DNA of 62,707 bases, counting the filler, from Basidiobolus ranarum (taxonomy: Eukaryota): NCBI GenBank assembly GCA_040143965.1. It is 3 parts of 3 records of this genome, joined end to end, with 100 filler letters (N's around TTAATTAATTAA, not from the genome) between each part and the next. Parts side by side here need not be neighbours in the genome. Positions count along the whole stretch, not along the records: positions 20,965 to 41,806 come from JASJQH010000220.1; positions 41,907 to 62,707 come from JASJQH010000221.1; 1 more part is not named here. The stretch is one strand, 5' to 3'. The position numbers and the translations under genes are program-made. Shown in pieces: positions 38,062 through 52,445 of the stretch. The notes below the pieces were generated by a model that worked only from the letters and a program-made list of their open reading frames with translations, searched no databases and had not been told where the DNA came from. Position 1 is the first letter of the stretch, and each line of letters begins with the position of its first letter.

Positions 38062-39126
38062 CTTTGTGAAGAATGAGTTGTATGAAGTAGTAGTTATGAA
38101 ATAAGATAGTGATACACTGACATGCCACTGGACACTTAAATACTTCCTCGAAAGATCGTCCAAAACTCTTCGTAACTTCATTTGTTCCAGAATCTCGTTG
38201 ACTTTAGCCAGAATCGAATATGTGGGTTAAAGTGATCTCTTCACAATCGATGGAAATAGAAATTCCTTACTTGGCATAAATTACATGAATTCCAATTAAA
38301 TTGATAATTGTGGAAACCTTATTAGACCTAACATATGTGTTCTACTCATTCCTAGCCCAATAAGGACTTACTAATTTATTTATACATCTTGGGTAAATGA
38401 GCGAACGTTCGGGTCTAGATCATTCACTGCCGATTGTAATGGGGAATTCTGGAATCTTTGGTTGCATTTAGTCGATCGTCACTAGCATAATATTACGGAA
38501 TATATCATGCCAAGAGACGCGATACATAATGTGAGTGTTGGTTTGGTTTTAGCCTCGTCAAGGTGATTGTGATGTACGTACGAGTCCAAGTGAGAGGCAA
38601 GGGGGGACTAGGTTTAAGAAGGCTGTTTGTGGAGCGTGGCTCAAGTGTCGTTCTTCTAAATCTAGAACCCCTCTAAGACTCCGTATGAAATCCGGATGTT
38701 TGTGGAACCAATAAGTACCAAATTCACTTGATATAGTCTTCTGGGGGAATTGGAGGAATTTGGAACAATCAAACAATGTTGCTCACATGAGGCATATACA
38801 AAATTATATAGATCTCATTCCAAATGTATATAGTTCCAGACCATATTTGGTATCTATGGCTCCTATGCTGATTTCCAAAATTAACCTGAGTTCAGCGTAT
38901 CGGACATGATGTCTGCGGATTTGACAACGCTGACGGTCCGACATTATGCGAATGAAAGAGAGTCGCAATTCGCAATTCGTAATATGGATATGGATATGGA
39001 TGTGGATGATTCTGGCGAAAATCCTGAGAGAAAGGCACAATCTGATCATGTGAGTATGGATATTCAAGTCATTACGCGTCCAAATTGATGTAATTTATGG
39101 ATTCGACATTTTCTATATAAGACTGA

Positions 39127-39618
<492 letters not shown>

Positions 39619-39916
39619 GCTCCCATTATCCCAAAAGTAACTTATTGTCCGCATGTTGATGTTAGTTAATATTGTATTATTAATTGTAATTTTTCTACGT
39701 ATTCCAATAAATCCAAATTCATGTACACTCTACATTTTGCTCTGCTCTGCTCTACTTTTATTACCTGTCCAATCTGACTCCTAAACATCTCTACATGACG
39801 CAAGTCTTAATAGTCCATGTACGTAATAGAACCCCTTCTTTGGTTCAATATATAACAACAAGGCTGCAGGATTATTGAAACTCACATAATACAGCCCGCA
39901 TTTGAGTGATGACGCC

Positions 39917-40118
39917 TACCCCTTGGCCCCTTCAATGTCGATAGCACAATGAATTCGTGACCCAATATCCCGTTGCTTGCTTCAACAGTGAATACCATTT
40001 GAACATCAGTTGAACATCGTGTTTCATATTGATTGATTAATATGCTACCCAAGTCCTCTTATGAAATTGTGATCACTAACCGGTTTTTTCTGATAAAGAC
40101 AAAGGGGGCCAAGGGGTA
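39917..40118. mobile_element. Candidate MITE (about 200 bp)
   Basis: TA-CCCCTTGGCCCC (39917-39930) and GGGGCCAAGGGG-TA (40105-40118) form a perfect 14-bp inverted repeat with a non-coding interior. Confidence 0.35.
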
Positions 40119-40375
40119 ACAGAAAAAGGGAGGAATAAGAAAGGTGCCGATTAGGAAATTGAATCTTGGGGAGTTTAAGGATGTGCCGGGACCATAGATT
40201 TCCAATTCTGGATATTAGTCATTTATAAGAAAGTGAAGGTTGCTACCAGAATTAGGGAATCATTTGTAATCATTCATTCCAGTCCTCTCGAGACCCGAAG
40301 CTCAAAGCCGAAAACTCGAGACCATCCCTTTTCTAACTTCCAAGGCCAATCTCAATAGAAAACGAGCACAATAGA

Positions 40376-40594
40376 ATGCAACACAAGAAGATTCAAAAAT
40401 GCGAAATCGTCGGCTGTTACGACCGTGCCATACGAATTATTGGTGTATGTAGATATTGCGAACAAAGATTCTGTGGATTGCATAGACTACCTGAATCACA
40501 CGCCTGTTCCAATTTAACCATCTGTAAGCAGTATTCCTTCGCTCGTTACGCTGATCGTCTATTAAGCGAGAAGTGTGTTGCCAGTAAAGTTTAA
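40376..40594 (+). CDS. Small AN1-type zinc finger protein, copy 5 (72 aa)
   Basis: [37 protein letters not shown]. Confidence 0.92.
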   Translation: MQHKKIQKCEIVGCYDRAIRIIGVCRYCEQRFCGLHRLPESHACSNLTICKQYSFARYADRLLSEKCVASKV

Positions 40595-41806
40595 CGAATC
40601 GCAGTATCTGGTATTTTGCCTTCAGTCTTGACTTAGCACTTGCTAGCTAGAAATACATCCCTTAATAGAGATTATCTAAACTTTACTCCTATGGAACTAT
40701 TTCCTTCCGATGTAGATAAATCCAAATAAACATAGAGATCACTTGCCACTTGTGTGTTGTATCTAGTAATTTCTGTGAATACTGATTTCCATAGCATGTG
40801 GGTACGATTAAAGGCGGGAGGGTTGAACCTTAAGGGGAAGGGGTGAACCTAAGGTATTCTCACGGGGCATGAATCCACATGTTTGGAGGGATTGATTCGT
40901 TGAATGTCTCTTGATTGTTCAAATCAGTGAGTCAGGAATCAACCAGTTGATGTTTCTAATGGAAATATTGACAATCATTAAGAGCCAAGATATTCGAAGC
41001 CAAGACACGAACCATTGTTCTTGTGGATACATGGTTTACTGTATGCACTATATATATATATACATAGTTAAATAAAATAGTGAATTTCATGGGCTTTGAA
41101 GCAACAGATTCATTGGAGTATGGTGAACTTTGTCACTAATAAGCCAGTACTAGTATCTCTATCCTTGCTGATCTATAATAGAGTCACCAATACTGTATGC
41201 AAAGAAATATTCGAAATTTATCATATCTACTGCACCAGAGGAAGCTTGGTTCTTCCATCCTTAGCATACAGTCATGTTTATCAGATTCTGATCAGTGTGG
41301 ACAACAATACTATCTGTACTCAACTAATCAATTCACTCTATTGTAAATGTGTTAACATACATAAGAACTGGATAAAGAAAAACCCACAGAGACGCAATTC
41401 TCTGCCTGAACCCTCTAATCATACTTTATTCTACGAACAGGTAATCGCAAAATACTACATTCAAGGAAGGATTGTCACCGAATGACTCGCTATAGAGAGT
41501 ATTCAGAAGAAGCTTAAATTTACATTGTTAACTAACCTAAGATCAAGTTAACCCAAAAGATCGAATCCTAATAACTGATTGTAAGACAATATCCACTACA
41601 CGCTCGAATATGTAAAGATCAATCACATATTGTACATTTGATACCTCAAGTCCAGTAAGGAAGGATTGTTGCTACAGAAGTAGTTATTTTTGACTTGTAT
41701 TCAGTTCCAGACATTACCAGTTTATAATTTTGCCGTGTTAAAGCTGGATAGAACTCAAATTGTATATTTTACATCACTTCATGGTTTGAAAACCGACGAG
41801 AAGAAT

Positions 41807-41906
41807 NNNNNNNNNNNNNNNNNNNNNNNNNNNNNNNNNNNNNNNNNNNNTTAATTAATTAANNNNNNNNNNNNNNNNNNNNNNNNNNNNNNNNNNNNNN
41901 NNNNNN
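41807..41906. other. Assembly gap: 44 N + TTAATTAATTAA + 44 N
   Basis: Direct reading. Confidence 0.98.
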
Positions 41907-41970
41907 CTGGCAAAACGTCAAGTCCCTCTACATCAAGAGCTCCATGGGCAAGCCCCAACGTCTCTATTAA
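41907..41970 (+). CDS. RPL1: 60S ribosomal protein uL1 (L1/L10a), last 20 codons; rest lost in gap
   Basis: WQNVKSLYIKSSMGKPQRLY* matches the conserved uL1 C-terminus, with highly biased codons. Confidence 0.9.
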
Positions 41971-42437
41971 TTTATTTTACGAGCAATACATCCATATGAT
42001 GTGGCGCGCCTCTTTCTATGGGTTTTTAGATTTGAATCCTAAAGACTTAACGGCATACCAATGCTAACGATGACTAAACATAGCATTTTAGCTATTGGGA
42101 GATTTCAAAAAGATTTTGCTCAATAAATTGTTAATTACATATACATGCGTTCAATGCAGTTTTATATTCGGTGCATGTAAGGCGCATGATAAATCCAAAA
42201 TAACACAGATTGGTTGATAGATTGCTGGAAGAGAGAATGCACATCGTATTTGTTCCGCGTGAAGTTAATTCTCAAGGATTCTTACAGAAATTGGATATTA
42301 TGGGTCACTGGAATGTAGATTGTTGGAAAGGCGAATGTATATCAGGTTTATTCCGTGTGAAGGTATATAAATAGTGGAAATGAAGATGCTAAGGATGTGA
42401 ATAAAACATTACTGAGATTGGGTTGTTAGTGAGATGG

Positions 42438-44159
42438 TTAATCTCTGTAAGTGGACATGAATTTCTTGTGGAAGTTTCCGAGGAGGTTAATGAATTCATC
42501 AAAGGTATGCTCTTGGGGAAGGAAAGTAGCACGGAAATGCCAGGTACCTTGTTGTTGTCCGAAACCAGAACCGGGAACTACGCACACTCCAGTCTCTTTC
42601 AACATTTCTAAACTGTAAAAAGCATCAGGCTGTTTACCAGCTGCCTTTGCAGCCTCGACTGCCTTGGCAGGGAGACGGATTTGTGGGAAGAGGTACATCG
42701 CTCCTTCAGCTTTGTTACAGGTAACACCCTCAAGTTCGTTGAATGCTGAGGCCAGTTTGGTGCTTCTTCTAATCAAAGAAGAGTAAATGTTGTCCATTTC
42801 TTGCTTATAAAGTTCATGGGAGGGTTCTCCAGGTTGGGGAGGATTGACCATAAGTTCCATCATGACTTGACCTTGGACATTGGGACAAAGGGAGATGGAG
42901 GCAATTTTGTACATCTGGTCTAGGACTTGAGGGTCGATTCCAGTACACTCAACATAGCCGCCACGTCTACCACATTCTCCGATCATTCCTTTAGAAATGG
43001 AGTGGAAAGAGAAAAGCTCAACATTCTCATGGCTAGGTCCCATGCTCTTGAGCACCTTCTTGAATGAGTGGAAGGGTTTCTCCTCAGGCATGTAGATGTT
43101 GGTTTGATAAACCTCATCAGCACAAAGTACTAAGCGTTCGCGTTGGCAGAAATCAATGACATCACGCATGTTCTCTTCGGATAAGCATTGACCAGTGGGG
43201 TTTCCAGGGTTAATGATTACTAGAGCACGAACATCGGTGCCATTTTGACGAGCGGCATCTACTGACTTCTTCAAGTCGGAGATATTCATTCCCCAGGCAT
43301 TTTCTTCATCTAAATAGTAAGGAACAGGCTGACCATCGAACAAAGCAAGTGATGCAGTGTACAGAGGGTATTGGGGAATAGGGATCAATACACCAACATT
43401 AGGCTTATCAATCATACATTGTAAAACCAGTTGGACAGCTGGGGAAGCACCAGCGGTAAGGAAAATCTTGTTGGCATCTGAAGCGAAACCATCACGTTTT
43501 TCGATAAATTTGGCAACTTGTTCACGAATATATGGGATACCCATGGAATGACTATAAGAACCAACGCTACCGCCAGCGCTGGTAACCAATTTCTTGGCGC
43601 GTTCAATGGTATCCTTGGGGTATAATGCCTCTACTTTATCTCTATTCTCTTCAGTTAAAAGTTCAGGGTTTTCTACCAACGAAGCAACTTGGCGAAAGAA
43701 GGTTATAGGCTTTTGCTTCAATTGTTGAGGATTACCGATGTTGATATTGGTGATCTCTTTGAAGGGGTATTCAACACCTTGAGCTAAATTCTAAATCGAG
43801 AAATGTCCATGAATAACAAATCTAGTTGATCTCGGTAAAAAATTACTTACACTCTTGAGGGTCTCGGCCAAAATTGCAATTTCACCACGAACGGCATATT
43901 CTACACTCTTTACTTTAGGGTTGAGGTTATCAAGAGTAAGAACACGATTGTTGGTAGTATTTTCGGCGACTAGTAATCAAAGTAGTGTGAATAATCGATC
44001 AAAGTAATATATTTTCGACATTATTCATTTACCTTCGGGTATAGCAGTGAATGCCCTAAATCCTTGGAAACGAAGGTTTGAAGGGGCCAAAGCCAATTTA
44101 CGGGCTTGGTAACGGAAGGTGCTAAGAGCGTTAATACGAGAGAAAATTCTAGTGTTCAT
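42438..44159 (-). CDS. ALT1: Alanine aminotransferase with mitochondrial presequence (3 exons)
   Basis: VEYAVRGEI, NIGNPQQL, INPGNPTGQ, DEVYQ, SFHSISKG (PLP lysine), PGSGFGQ; Arg-rich N-terminus. Confidence 0.96.
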
Positions 44160-44903
44160 TTGATTAGAGATAGGATTCCAACTGTACGGGCAGTGATACT
44201 TATATATGTGAGGAATGTATGGAGGGAATGCGGGCAGTGAGAAGGGAATGTATCGGATAGCAAACAAGCTTATTCAATTCTTGTACTGAATAAGGTATGC
44301 AGCAACAATATAAAGATAAAATGAGGGTTATCTTATTTCGCACGGGTTTACATCTGTAGATTGATCGGAGCAAAGCTTGGAGATGTATTGTAATCTTCTT
44401 GGTAAAGATCAGTGTTTCCTAATGATAATCATTACTTAGGAACGAGTTTTTATCGGGTGGCTGATCATCTAACACAAGCCAATTTCCGAGCTTCGATTGG
44501 GCTAGTCACCTATTGTCAGGTACCCGTTGCCGCGCTCGCTACCAGGGCCTTTGCCAGTCCCAGATAAATAATGATTATCTATGTGGATAGCGATACAAAA
44601 ACTCTTATCTATACATGCTCGTGTAGTTATATATATATGATACTATGGGCTTGAAGTGCTGTAAATAGTGTGGCGCATGTATTGCCGATCGAAAACCTCC
44701 GACTTTTCAATAAACACCAAAATCTTATCGAGGTCCACTCTCTATTTAACCCTACACATGCACCACTCGATGGACTTGAGTTTGTTCCCATTGTCTATAG
44801 ATATTTATCAAAGATCATCTACATCCAAATGAAGATGAAAACCAGTTTAGTGCAGTTGACTTGAAATGTATGCTATCATTCTGCTAACATCGAGAGTAAA
44901 TAT

Positions 44904-45679
44904 TTATTCTATCACTGAGTATTCGCTTGTGGGAATCATGTGATCTAAGAATCCATTCGAAACTATTAACTGTGTTAGACGATACTTTGTCAAGAGATCC
45001 GAAAACAACTTACATAAATAGCCAAAGAGGATACAAGCGACGTGACCCATAAATGTTGATTCTGGCAACACAACCGAGTAAAAAATGAGTAGTAGAATGG
45101 GAAAGAATTGAATAAGCCTAAGTAATAAAAAGGTGTTAATTCATTGTATACGCTGAAATCATTAGTGTTAGACACCTTTTAGCTGAATAATTGTAAGACA
45201 TTCTAGAGGAGTATCTCTTCGCCAACCAAACGCTTAAAATAAAGCACCAGCCACTACACCCGATCAAACTCAATTCTTTTAATTCAAGGAGCAAGAAAGA
45301 ACCCAGAAAGCATAAAAATGCAGGAATAAAGGAGAACACCAAGAAGAGAGTATAGAGAAAGATTTTGGGATTCTTCAAATATCTTTCATAACAAAGGCCT
45401 AGAGGTATAAACACTAGAAGATTTACTAGCAAGTGTAATAGACCTTCGTGAGCTAGTGGATAGCTAATGAAGCGATACACTATACCATATTAGTTCTTTA
45501 ACTTCAACTAGATCTCCTACTCTATTATCTGTACCTTGGCCTTTGAGAATCAAGTTGGAGTCATAGTTAAAGAGCTCTCGAACGTCAACGATGTCGTAAT
45601 CTGTTAATACAAAAGTTATAGAGCAACAAATTGCTAGTAAAAGAGTAAAGGATAAAGATATTTGGCTTCGCTCAAACAT
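44904..45679 (-). CDS. Rhomboid-family intramembrane protease (Rbd2-like), multi-exon
   Basis: YRFISYPLAHEGLLHLLVN, IGCSG (catalytic Ser), next exon STFMGHVAC (catalytic His); 3' end approximate. Confidence 0.8.
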
Positions 45680-46340
45680 GGTTTATTTGTGCTTTATATC
45701 TCAAGACAAGCTCTATATATTTCCCCTCAGCTCGATGGTCAATTCCTAGTCACATTGGATAACTACGATATAAATATAACATAGGTTCAAATTACGTAAA
45801 AAGTTTATGTAAATCTAGAGTTAAGCAGCCTAAAACAAGTAGAATATTTATTGTCCATGAATTCAGATCGTGTAACGTAACTAAGCCTATTTAGTGTGGA
45901 GTATCCTCTCTTTTGACTCTTGTCATTGATTGTGTTTTGGCTTCAAATGATTTATACTGTTATTCTTCTCAGTCGTTCTGTGGTAGATTTTTGAGTATTT
46001 TGAGTATTTTGAGTATTGATTTCCTTGGTCTTATGTATTTAATATCAGTAAATTCTAGGAATGGAAATATGGATAGGGTGATGTTCAGCTGCATTTCTAT
46101 AGTTGTTCTCCCACGTATCTACATTTTACTTGAACCTATCCAATTATACAGATTATAGTAATATCAAGGTTTCTGCTTCTTGCCCAGACTGGATTAATAC
46201 TTTCATGCTTGTTCCAGGACCCGAATATGATACTTAAGGGGATTCCATGTTCTAAGCTGTCTTTTATGAACCCTTTTTACCTGTGACTTGATTGTCTTTA
46301 AACCTAACCCTTTCCACTATTCCAGTTGGAAGTTTGGTAT

Positions 46341-47834
46341 ATGCATTTCATCAGTCATCGCTTCTCTCTACTTGGATCTTTAACCTCTAAAACCCATAGA
46401 AAACCACCGAAATTTAAGATTTACAGGGAACATCGTTACAGTAGAGTCTTTGTCTATGGGTTATTTATTGTTTTTATTTGGGGACTTTTTTGTGCTCAAC
46501 GGTCCATAACCGCGTTCACTAATTTCTATTCAAACACCTATAGTCTAGGTAAGTTTAACCATAATAAATATCGTATAACAGTTATTAGAACAAATTAAGA
46601 AAAGGTTTATAATTTAGCGCCTAAAGAAATCTTATCTGATGAGAAATTTCTGACCTACCTTCCTCATAGTGGCTTTCATAACCAACGTATAGAACTAGAA
46701 AATGCGTTGTTACTAGCTAAACAACTTAACCGCTCCCTGATTTTACCTCCCCTGTATTTGGGTGAGCCATTGAAGTGGTATTCGTTTGATATGCTGTACG
46801 ATTTACTTCGACAGCGCAATAAGACGGAGCTATCATACTGCTCGCGAGTATCCAGTGCAATGTGCGATAAATATGACGCTTGGAGCATGCTACCCTGGAA
46901 CAAGATTTATAATCTGAACGCATTTCAAGATTTCCTTCGTCTACATGAACGATGGAGTATGGAACCGGAGGCATTAAAACGTTTTAACCAAGGAACCCTT
47001 GAAGGAATCCATTATATCAAAGACATTTGGAAAGACGAGATCCAGTACATCGATGAACCACGGATACAGGACACACGAGGCCGCTATTTAACAAGAATCA
47101 ATATTTCCGAATTACGCTTACAATCTGCACGTATCATCTGTCTAGGTTCAGTATTTGGAACACATCGAGTGACAGCAAGGACCGATCAAGCCTTGCAATA
47201 TAAGAATTTCATTCGAAGCAAACTCATATATTCCCATCCAAGTGTTCTAAGCGTATCCAAAGAAATCATCCAAAAACTGGGTGGTCTTCATAACTACTTT
47301 TCTATCCACACACGCATCGAAGATAGTATATTTATAGTGAATGCAGAGGAGAATGTAAAAGGTTCGGTGAATAACATGTTGAAAATGTTGACTCTGGGAG
47401 ACAAGAACTACTTCCGGGCACATGGGGATCTCTTGCGAGCTAGCCATTCCAAAGGCAACACTGCATTCCATCGTCCGTCCCTCGATAAATGTCTGCAACT
47501 CCATCAGGATCACCCAACACATTACCCCATTATTTACTTATCTACAGATACCCCCGATCCACTTCGTAATACCAATCTCACCATACTCTTCCACACCTTT
47601 CCTTGTACATTTTTTGCTGGAGATTTTCGAGCCGAGCTAACGGAACTTCAAAAGGAGTACAATCCACTTGATGGTACAAATATTGGAAAATTTCTAGTAC
47701 CGATGGTTGAGTCTATGGTGGCTGCGAATGGGGAATATTTTGTAGGCACCAATAAGTCCACGTTCAGTGAGAATATTAGATACTTGCATAATACTTTTCT
47801 AGGTAGATTGGACCCAATCCCTCTAAAGTACTGA
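46341..47834 (+). CDS. O-fucosyltransferase-like (GDP-fucose transferase fold) type II membrane protein; intron about 46549-46617
   Basis: N-terminal TM segment; YLPHSGFHNQRIELENA, SIHTRIED, IYLSTD, FVGT..STFS. Confidence 0.85.
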
Positions 47835-48043
47835 GTAACATAGTTAATGATCATGTATTCATCTTCGAACTATAGAATCAAATAAATACCTAAATTTGAC
47901 TATTGGGAGTGGGAGTCAAAATAATCTAGAAATTGTGACTGTCAATACATCCATTTTTTTTGCCGTCAGTGACCACGTTTTACTAGTTATCACCAAATCC
48001 TTATCTCAGCATTTCTTCCTATGATAAAACTTTCACTATCAGA

Positions 48044-49625
48044 ATGACCAGCACTGAGGAAACCACAGACTACATACCTCTAGGGTCTACAGGAATCTAT
48101 AAAAAGGCTTTAGAACAAGATATCCGAGCACTGCTTTTAACTTACCAAAAAGTATAACATTCTGAAAAGATCTTTTCCTCCATATAAACGCCAAATCGCT
48201 ATATTCACCACTTTACTTTCTATTTCCCTTATTTTAGAAACAGAGCCCAAATTTTGAGTCGTTTTCGGAAACTTGGAGTGAACTGAATTTTTCTTTGATT
48301 CACTTCGGTTGTACAGAGAAAAATGCTAGAGAATTATTCATGAACGCCATGTATCAATTGGTCTTAGGTAAGATATATATAGTTCAATATCTACCTGGTA
48401 AAAACGGAAGGAGATTTATAGGAAACTTGTATATTATATTTCCGTCGAAAAATCCTAAAGTTAGCTTTATTAAATGTATAGATTATTTCGATGATCACCG
48501 AGCTTTGGAAATCAAACTTGGTATATTATATGCTCTGTATTTGCTTTACTATACTCAACCGGAGACTTTCCCAAAAGTTGGAATTCGAGTAACACTTGGT
48601 TGGTACCCTCACTTTAGAAAAACATATCAATTGGTTACTCATTTTTATTCGGATTTGTTTTGTTTGCTTTAAAGAGACATGGAAAGGACTTTGGGAACTG
48701 TATCAGTTGTGTGGAGAGCTGAAACTTACCGATGGGTTGTATATTTTTCATCGGATGAAAGAAGACGGAGCATTCATCTATGTTGCGTGGCTAGAAAGTG
48801 AACCACGGAATTCAAGCGAAGAAACACTCGACAACGAAGGGTAAATAAGGAATTTTTATCCATCATTATGAAAAACCTTTAACTTTCTTTTACTTTTCTA
48901 ATCCATCGTTAGAGCTACTCGACGTTTGTATCACTTTGAAAAAGAAATTCTCACAAACTCTATGGTAATCTCCCAACTTTCTTGTTACAAATGTTTGTTG
49001 GCATCTAATCTTACTTGTATATATGTTTGTAGGGAGGTATCAGTGAGTTGGGTATTAATAACAGTCTTGGCTCCATCGCCAGCCGTTATGGAGAGATGAA
49101 ACGCAAGATCATAAATACAGATGTGGCTCACAAGGCCTCAGCTAGATTTTATCGGGATACGCTAGGTGTTGATGATTGGAAGATATCCCCCCTAACCACA
49201 GTCAAGGAAAGTCTGATTCCAGAAATTGGACAACAAGTTAGACAATATCAAGCCGAAAAACTGGTTCGGTTAAGTTCCAAAAACCCTACGAACGATAGCA
49301 ACATTGAATCCGAGAGCAGAGAGAATGGAAGTAATTCAGAGTCTGAGGTAAATAATTTTACCCTTTTTTTATTCATCTCCACCGCTAATTTAGACCTTCC
49401 TCTTTAATAGATTAATCGTCGTGCGGCTTTGCGACAATCAGTGTATGACCAAAAGCGGGCTTGGGCTCCGGGATATCTCAAAGCAAGTACGCGACCCCTC
49501 GACAAAAGTTAGTATGAATACAGAAATGAGTCTATCAAATACACCTGCTATATAGCGACTTTTGTTGACAACTAGAAGAACATGAAGCGGCCATTAGACT
49601 GCAGGACCAATCTACAACCCATTAG
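48044..49625 (+). CDS. SNAPC1: snRNA-activating protein complex subunit 1 (SNAP43)-like, multi-exon
   Basis: QDIRALL..FESFSETW..FSLIH..GILYALYLLYYTQP..IRVT..YIFHRM...AF, the SNAPC1 N-terminal domain pattern. Confidence 0.78.
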
Positions 49626-49819
49626 CTCACCCCCAACTGTATTCATTTCAAATGAGAAAACTGTACTCTCCAAGCGTACAATCATAGTACGCTTATCAAC
49701 ATAAATTGACGAGTTTTGTTCTTTGTTCCAGAAACAACTTGATCCCAAAAAGTATTTTAATTCTCTCTAAATTACAATGTCAAAAGCAGATAAACGTGTT
49801 ACATGTTGATAGCTTTCAT

Positions 49820-51293
49820 TTATAATGGTCGTGGAAATAACACATCCTTTAAATTTCCCCAAATACCATAGTCATAGAGGTTATCTAATTCCTCCAAGCT
49901 CTTGATCTGAGTGCGTTTTGGTGGTTCATCTGCATCAAATGGAGGCTCTTCTGAATGCGACTCGGAGGATTTTCTGTCGATGATTATTGTTTGACGGGAG
50001 GTATCTTCGGACGAAGCTACAGCATCATTCCTAAATACTTTACCCTTGTTAACCAGTTCATTAATGTCTTCCCATTTGAGACTCTCGTTCGTAGATGTGC
50101 CATTCAAGATTGTTAGTACGTGTCCCACCGTAAATACTAATATAATCACACCAGTAAGTATCGCAAAGATTCCTAAAGCACCAAGTAAGACGTTTTGGTG
50201 CAACATGTAAATAAATACTTTATACATGGGAACTCTATAAGTCTCGCCGGAGCGGTTGGTGTAATGATAGTTATCTAGTCCACGCTCATGGATCTTCCCA
50301 AGAAAGATCAAAAATATCACCAAGGTAGCGTAAAATGCTATGAACATAGTGGCAAAAAGAAACATCAGGAAGTATCGGTGATTCTTTTGCCCTACACAGT
50401 TGTTCACCCAAATACAATGATGATCCTGTCGTGCGACACAGGACCCACACATTGAGCAATGCTTAGAACGTGCAGGCTTCTGGATTTTACAAGTTGAGCA
50501 GTCTTTAGGATGGAATAAAAGGCGATCGTACTCGTATACTTCGCATGCCTTCTTGACGTTAAATTTTCCTATGACTCCAGGGTCACTAAAGCATATTCTA
50601 GCGAAAGCCCCATAGGTACCTAATATTGTTGGTGGAATGGTATAGCTATAAGGTGAGTTAGTGGAAATGGATTCCATACACAAAGTATAACTACGGATTA
50701 CTGACACATTGAGCCAATGGACAAAAGGACCTGGTACATGTGGCCAACCATAGATTAAAAATATGGTGACTCCGATGGTCAATAAAGTTAGATACACAAG
50801 CTAAACCAGAAATTTAGTAAATGCAAGTTGAAATGTACACATGAGTTGAATGTAGTAATCTTACTTGAGCCAAAGGATTTCTTCCAAACAATATCCAACT
50901 ATATAAATTATTCAAATACTCGTAATTCCTTTCCCCCAGCAAATTTTTCGCAGACGCGCTATGATTTTAAGAACAGGTCAATCTAATTTGATACAGACTC
51001 CACATCTAATAGAAGATTTACCGAAATATACGTAAAGCATCGTAGGCTAGAAATTGATACAATTTTCCTATAGGGCCATCACTACATTTAATGAGAACTG
51101 ATGTGAAGAATAAAGGGCAAGAATCAACTTCGTCTACTAACCGAAAACGACGTGAAGGGCCCATCAGTAACACGAAAACAAAGGAAAAAAAGATGATAAG
51201 AATCAAAAGCGCCCAGCTGAGTGGCTTAATTAAATAGTAGATTATTAATAATCAAGACGCATTCTAAAGCATGTCAAGTCGTTTTACCGTCAT
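49820..51293 (-). CDS. SWF1: DHHC palmitoyltransferase, Swf1/ZDHHC4-like
   Basis: [43 protein letters not shown]-terminal VLLMGP..FR.GPIG exons. Confidence 0.9.
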
Positions 51294-51637
51294 CTTCGGG
51301 TTGCGATTGTCTATGAATGAGGAACTCGAATAACTCTTGGATAATTAGTCTATTTTAAGGTTAAGCTAGACAATGGAACTTAGATTTACCATACCACTTT
51401 GACAAATTTATTTATTTACACCATTCTTGTTAACTGTACTAAAACAAGCATTTAATGAATGAATGGGTTAAAATCAAACATTGTGTGGGGCTACAGTCTA
51501 GGACAATCTCCACAAATTGTTACCCGCAAATAAACCAATATTAATATTCAAATCAACCGATTTTCTCGTGCAAGATTTTTAGTAAATTTAACAATACAAA
51601 GTGGTAATCGAAAATTCACTTTCCTGTAGCCTTCACA

Positions 51638-52445
51638 ATGTCAGTCATTCCCTCCACCTGTCAGGTAACCGAGAATTCTAGCCTTATTCATTGTATTGAA
51701 AGAAAGGTCAACTTAACGGTTTTCTTTAGAATTGGTCTAGAGTAGCCTCCAGATCTTTTTGGTTTCAATGTCAACGTAGAAATTTTCACCCAACTGCTCT
51801 CATTGCAAAAAGTATGTACATCGAGACGCATTAAACATACTCCGATTCCTGCTAACAATTCTTCATACAACATAGAAACCAGTACCACTGACTTATCAGA
51901 GAAAACTTTGATAGGAAATCCTGATCCTATTTCTAACATTCGCCCTGTTAAATACTATGTACCTGCTAATGAATCCCCCGAAGTATGCATTCACTCATAC
52001 CAGTAATTATTTTTGGAGATTTATTCTTATTATTTTCGACAAATAGGATACAGAGTGGAGGCTGTGGAATGAACGAGTTGATAAGTTGCACCAGGATTTT
52101 TGGTCGAATAACAATCGCAAGTTCTTGAAGGAGAAAGAGGAATACGTCTCTAAGAGTATGTGGTTGCAAGATATTTAAAGCAAATAATCTATCAATTTTA
52201 CCTTTCCCATAAATAATGCTGCTTATTACTCCAATTCACTAGTCAAGCAAGAAAAAGGTTCGGTGTCAGCGGAAGACTTGTCAATATTTTACAAAAGCTT
52301 TCTCAACGACTCCTATAGTCGTCACTTAAATTACAACAAGACCTGGATCAAAGAGAATTTTAAAATGCTCCTTCCTGGGTTAAAAGCTCTATTGCGGGGT
52401 AAAGCTAATCAAGTAATGCCTTATTTCAAGAAAAGTTACGCTTAA
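51638..52445 (+). CDS. COA8: COA8/APOPT1-like mitochondrial protein (multi-exon)
   Basis: IGNPDPISNIRPV..P.NES, QDFWSNNN..F..EKE, FYKSFL..H..YNK.W.KENF. Confidence 0.85.

Noticed and set aside
38804-39088. ORFs with IHIHIH / MDMDMD runs
   Set aside because: Translations of an (ATGGAT)n microsatellite upstream of the ubiquitin fusion TATA box.
45985-46016. TTTTGAGTA x3 direct repeat
   Set aside because: Simple tandem repeat without spacers; not CRISPR-like, and the context is eukaryotic.
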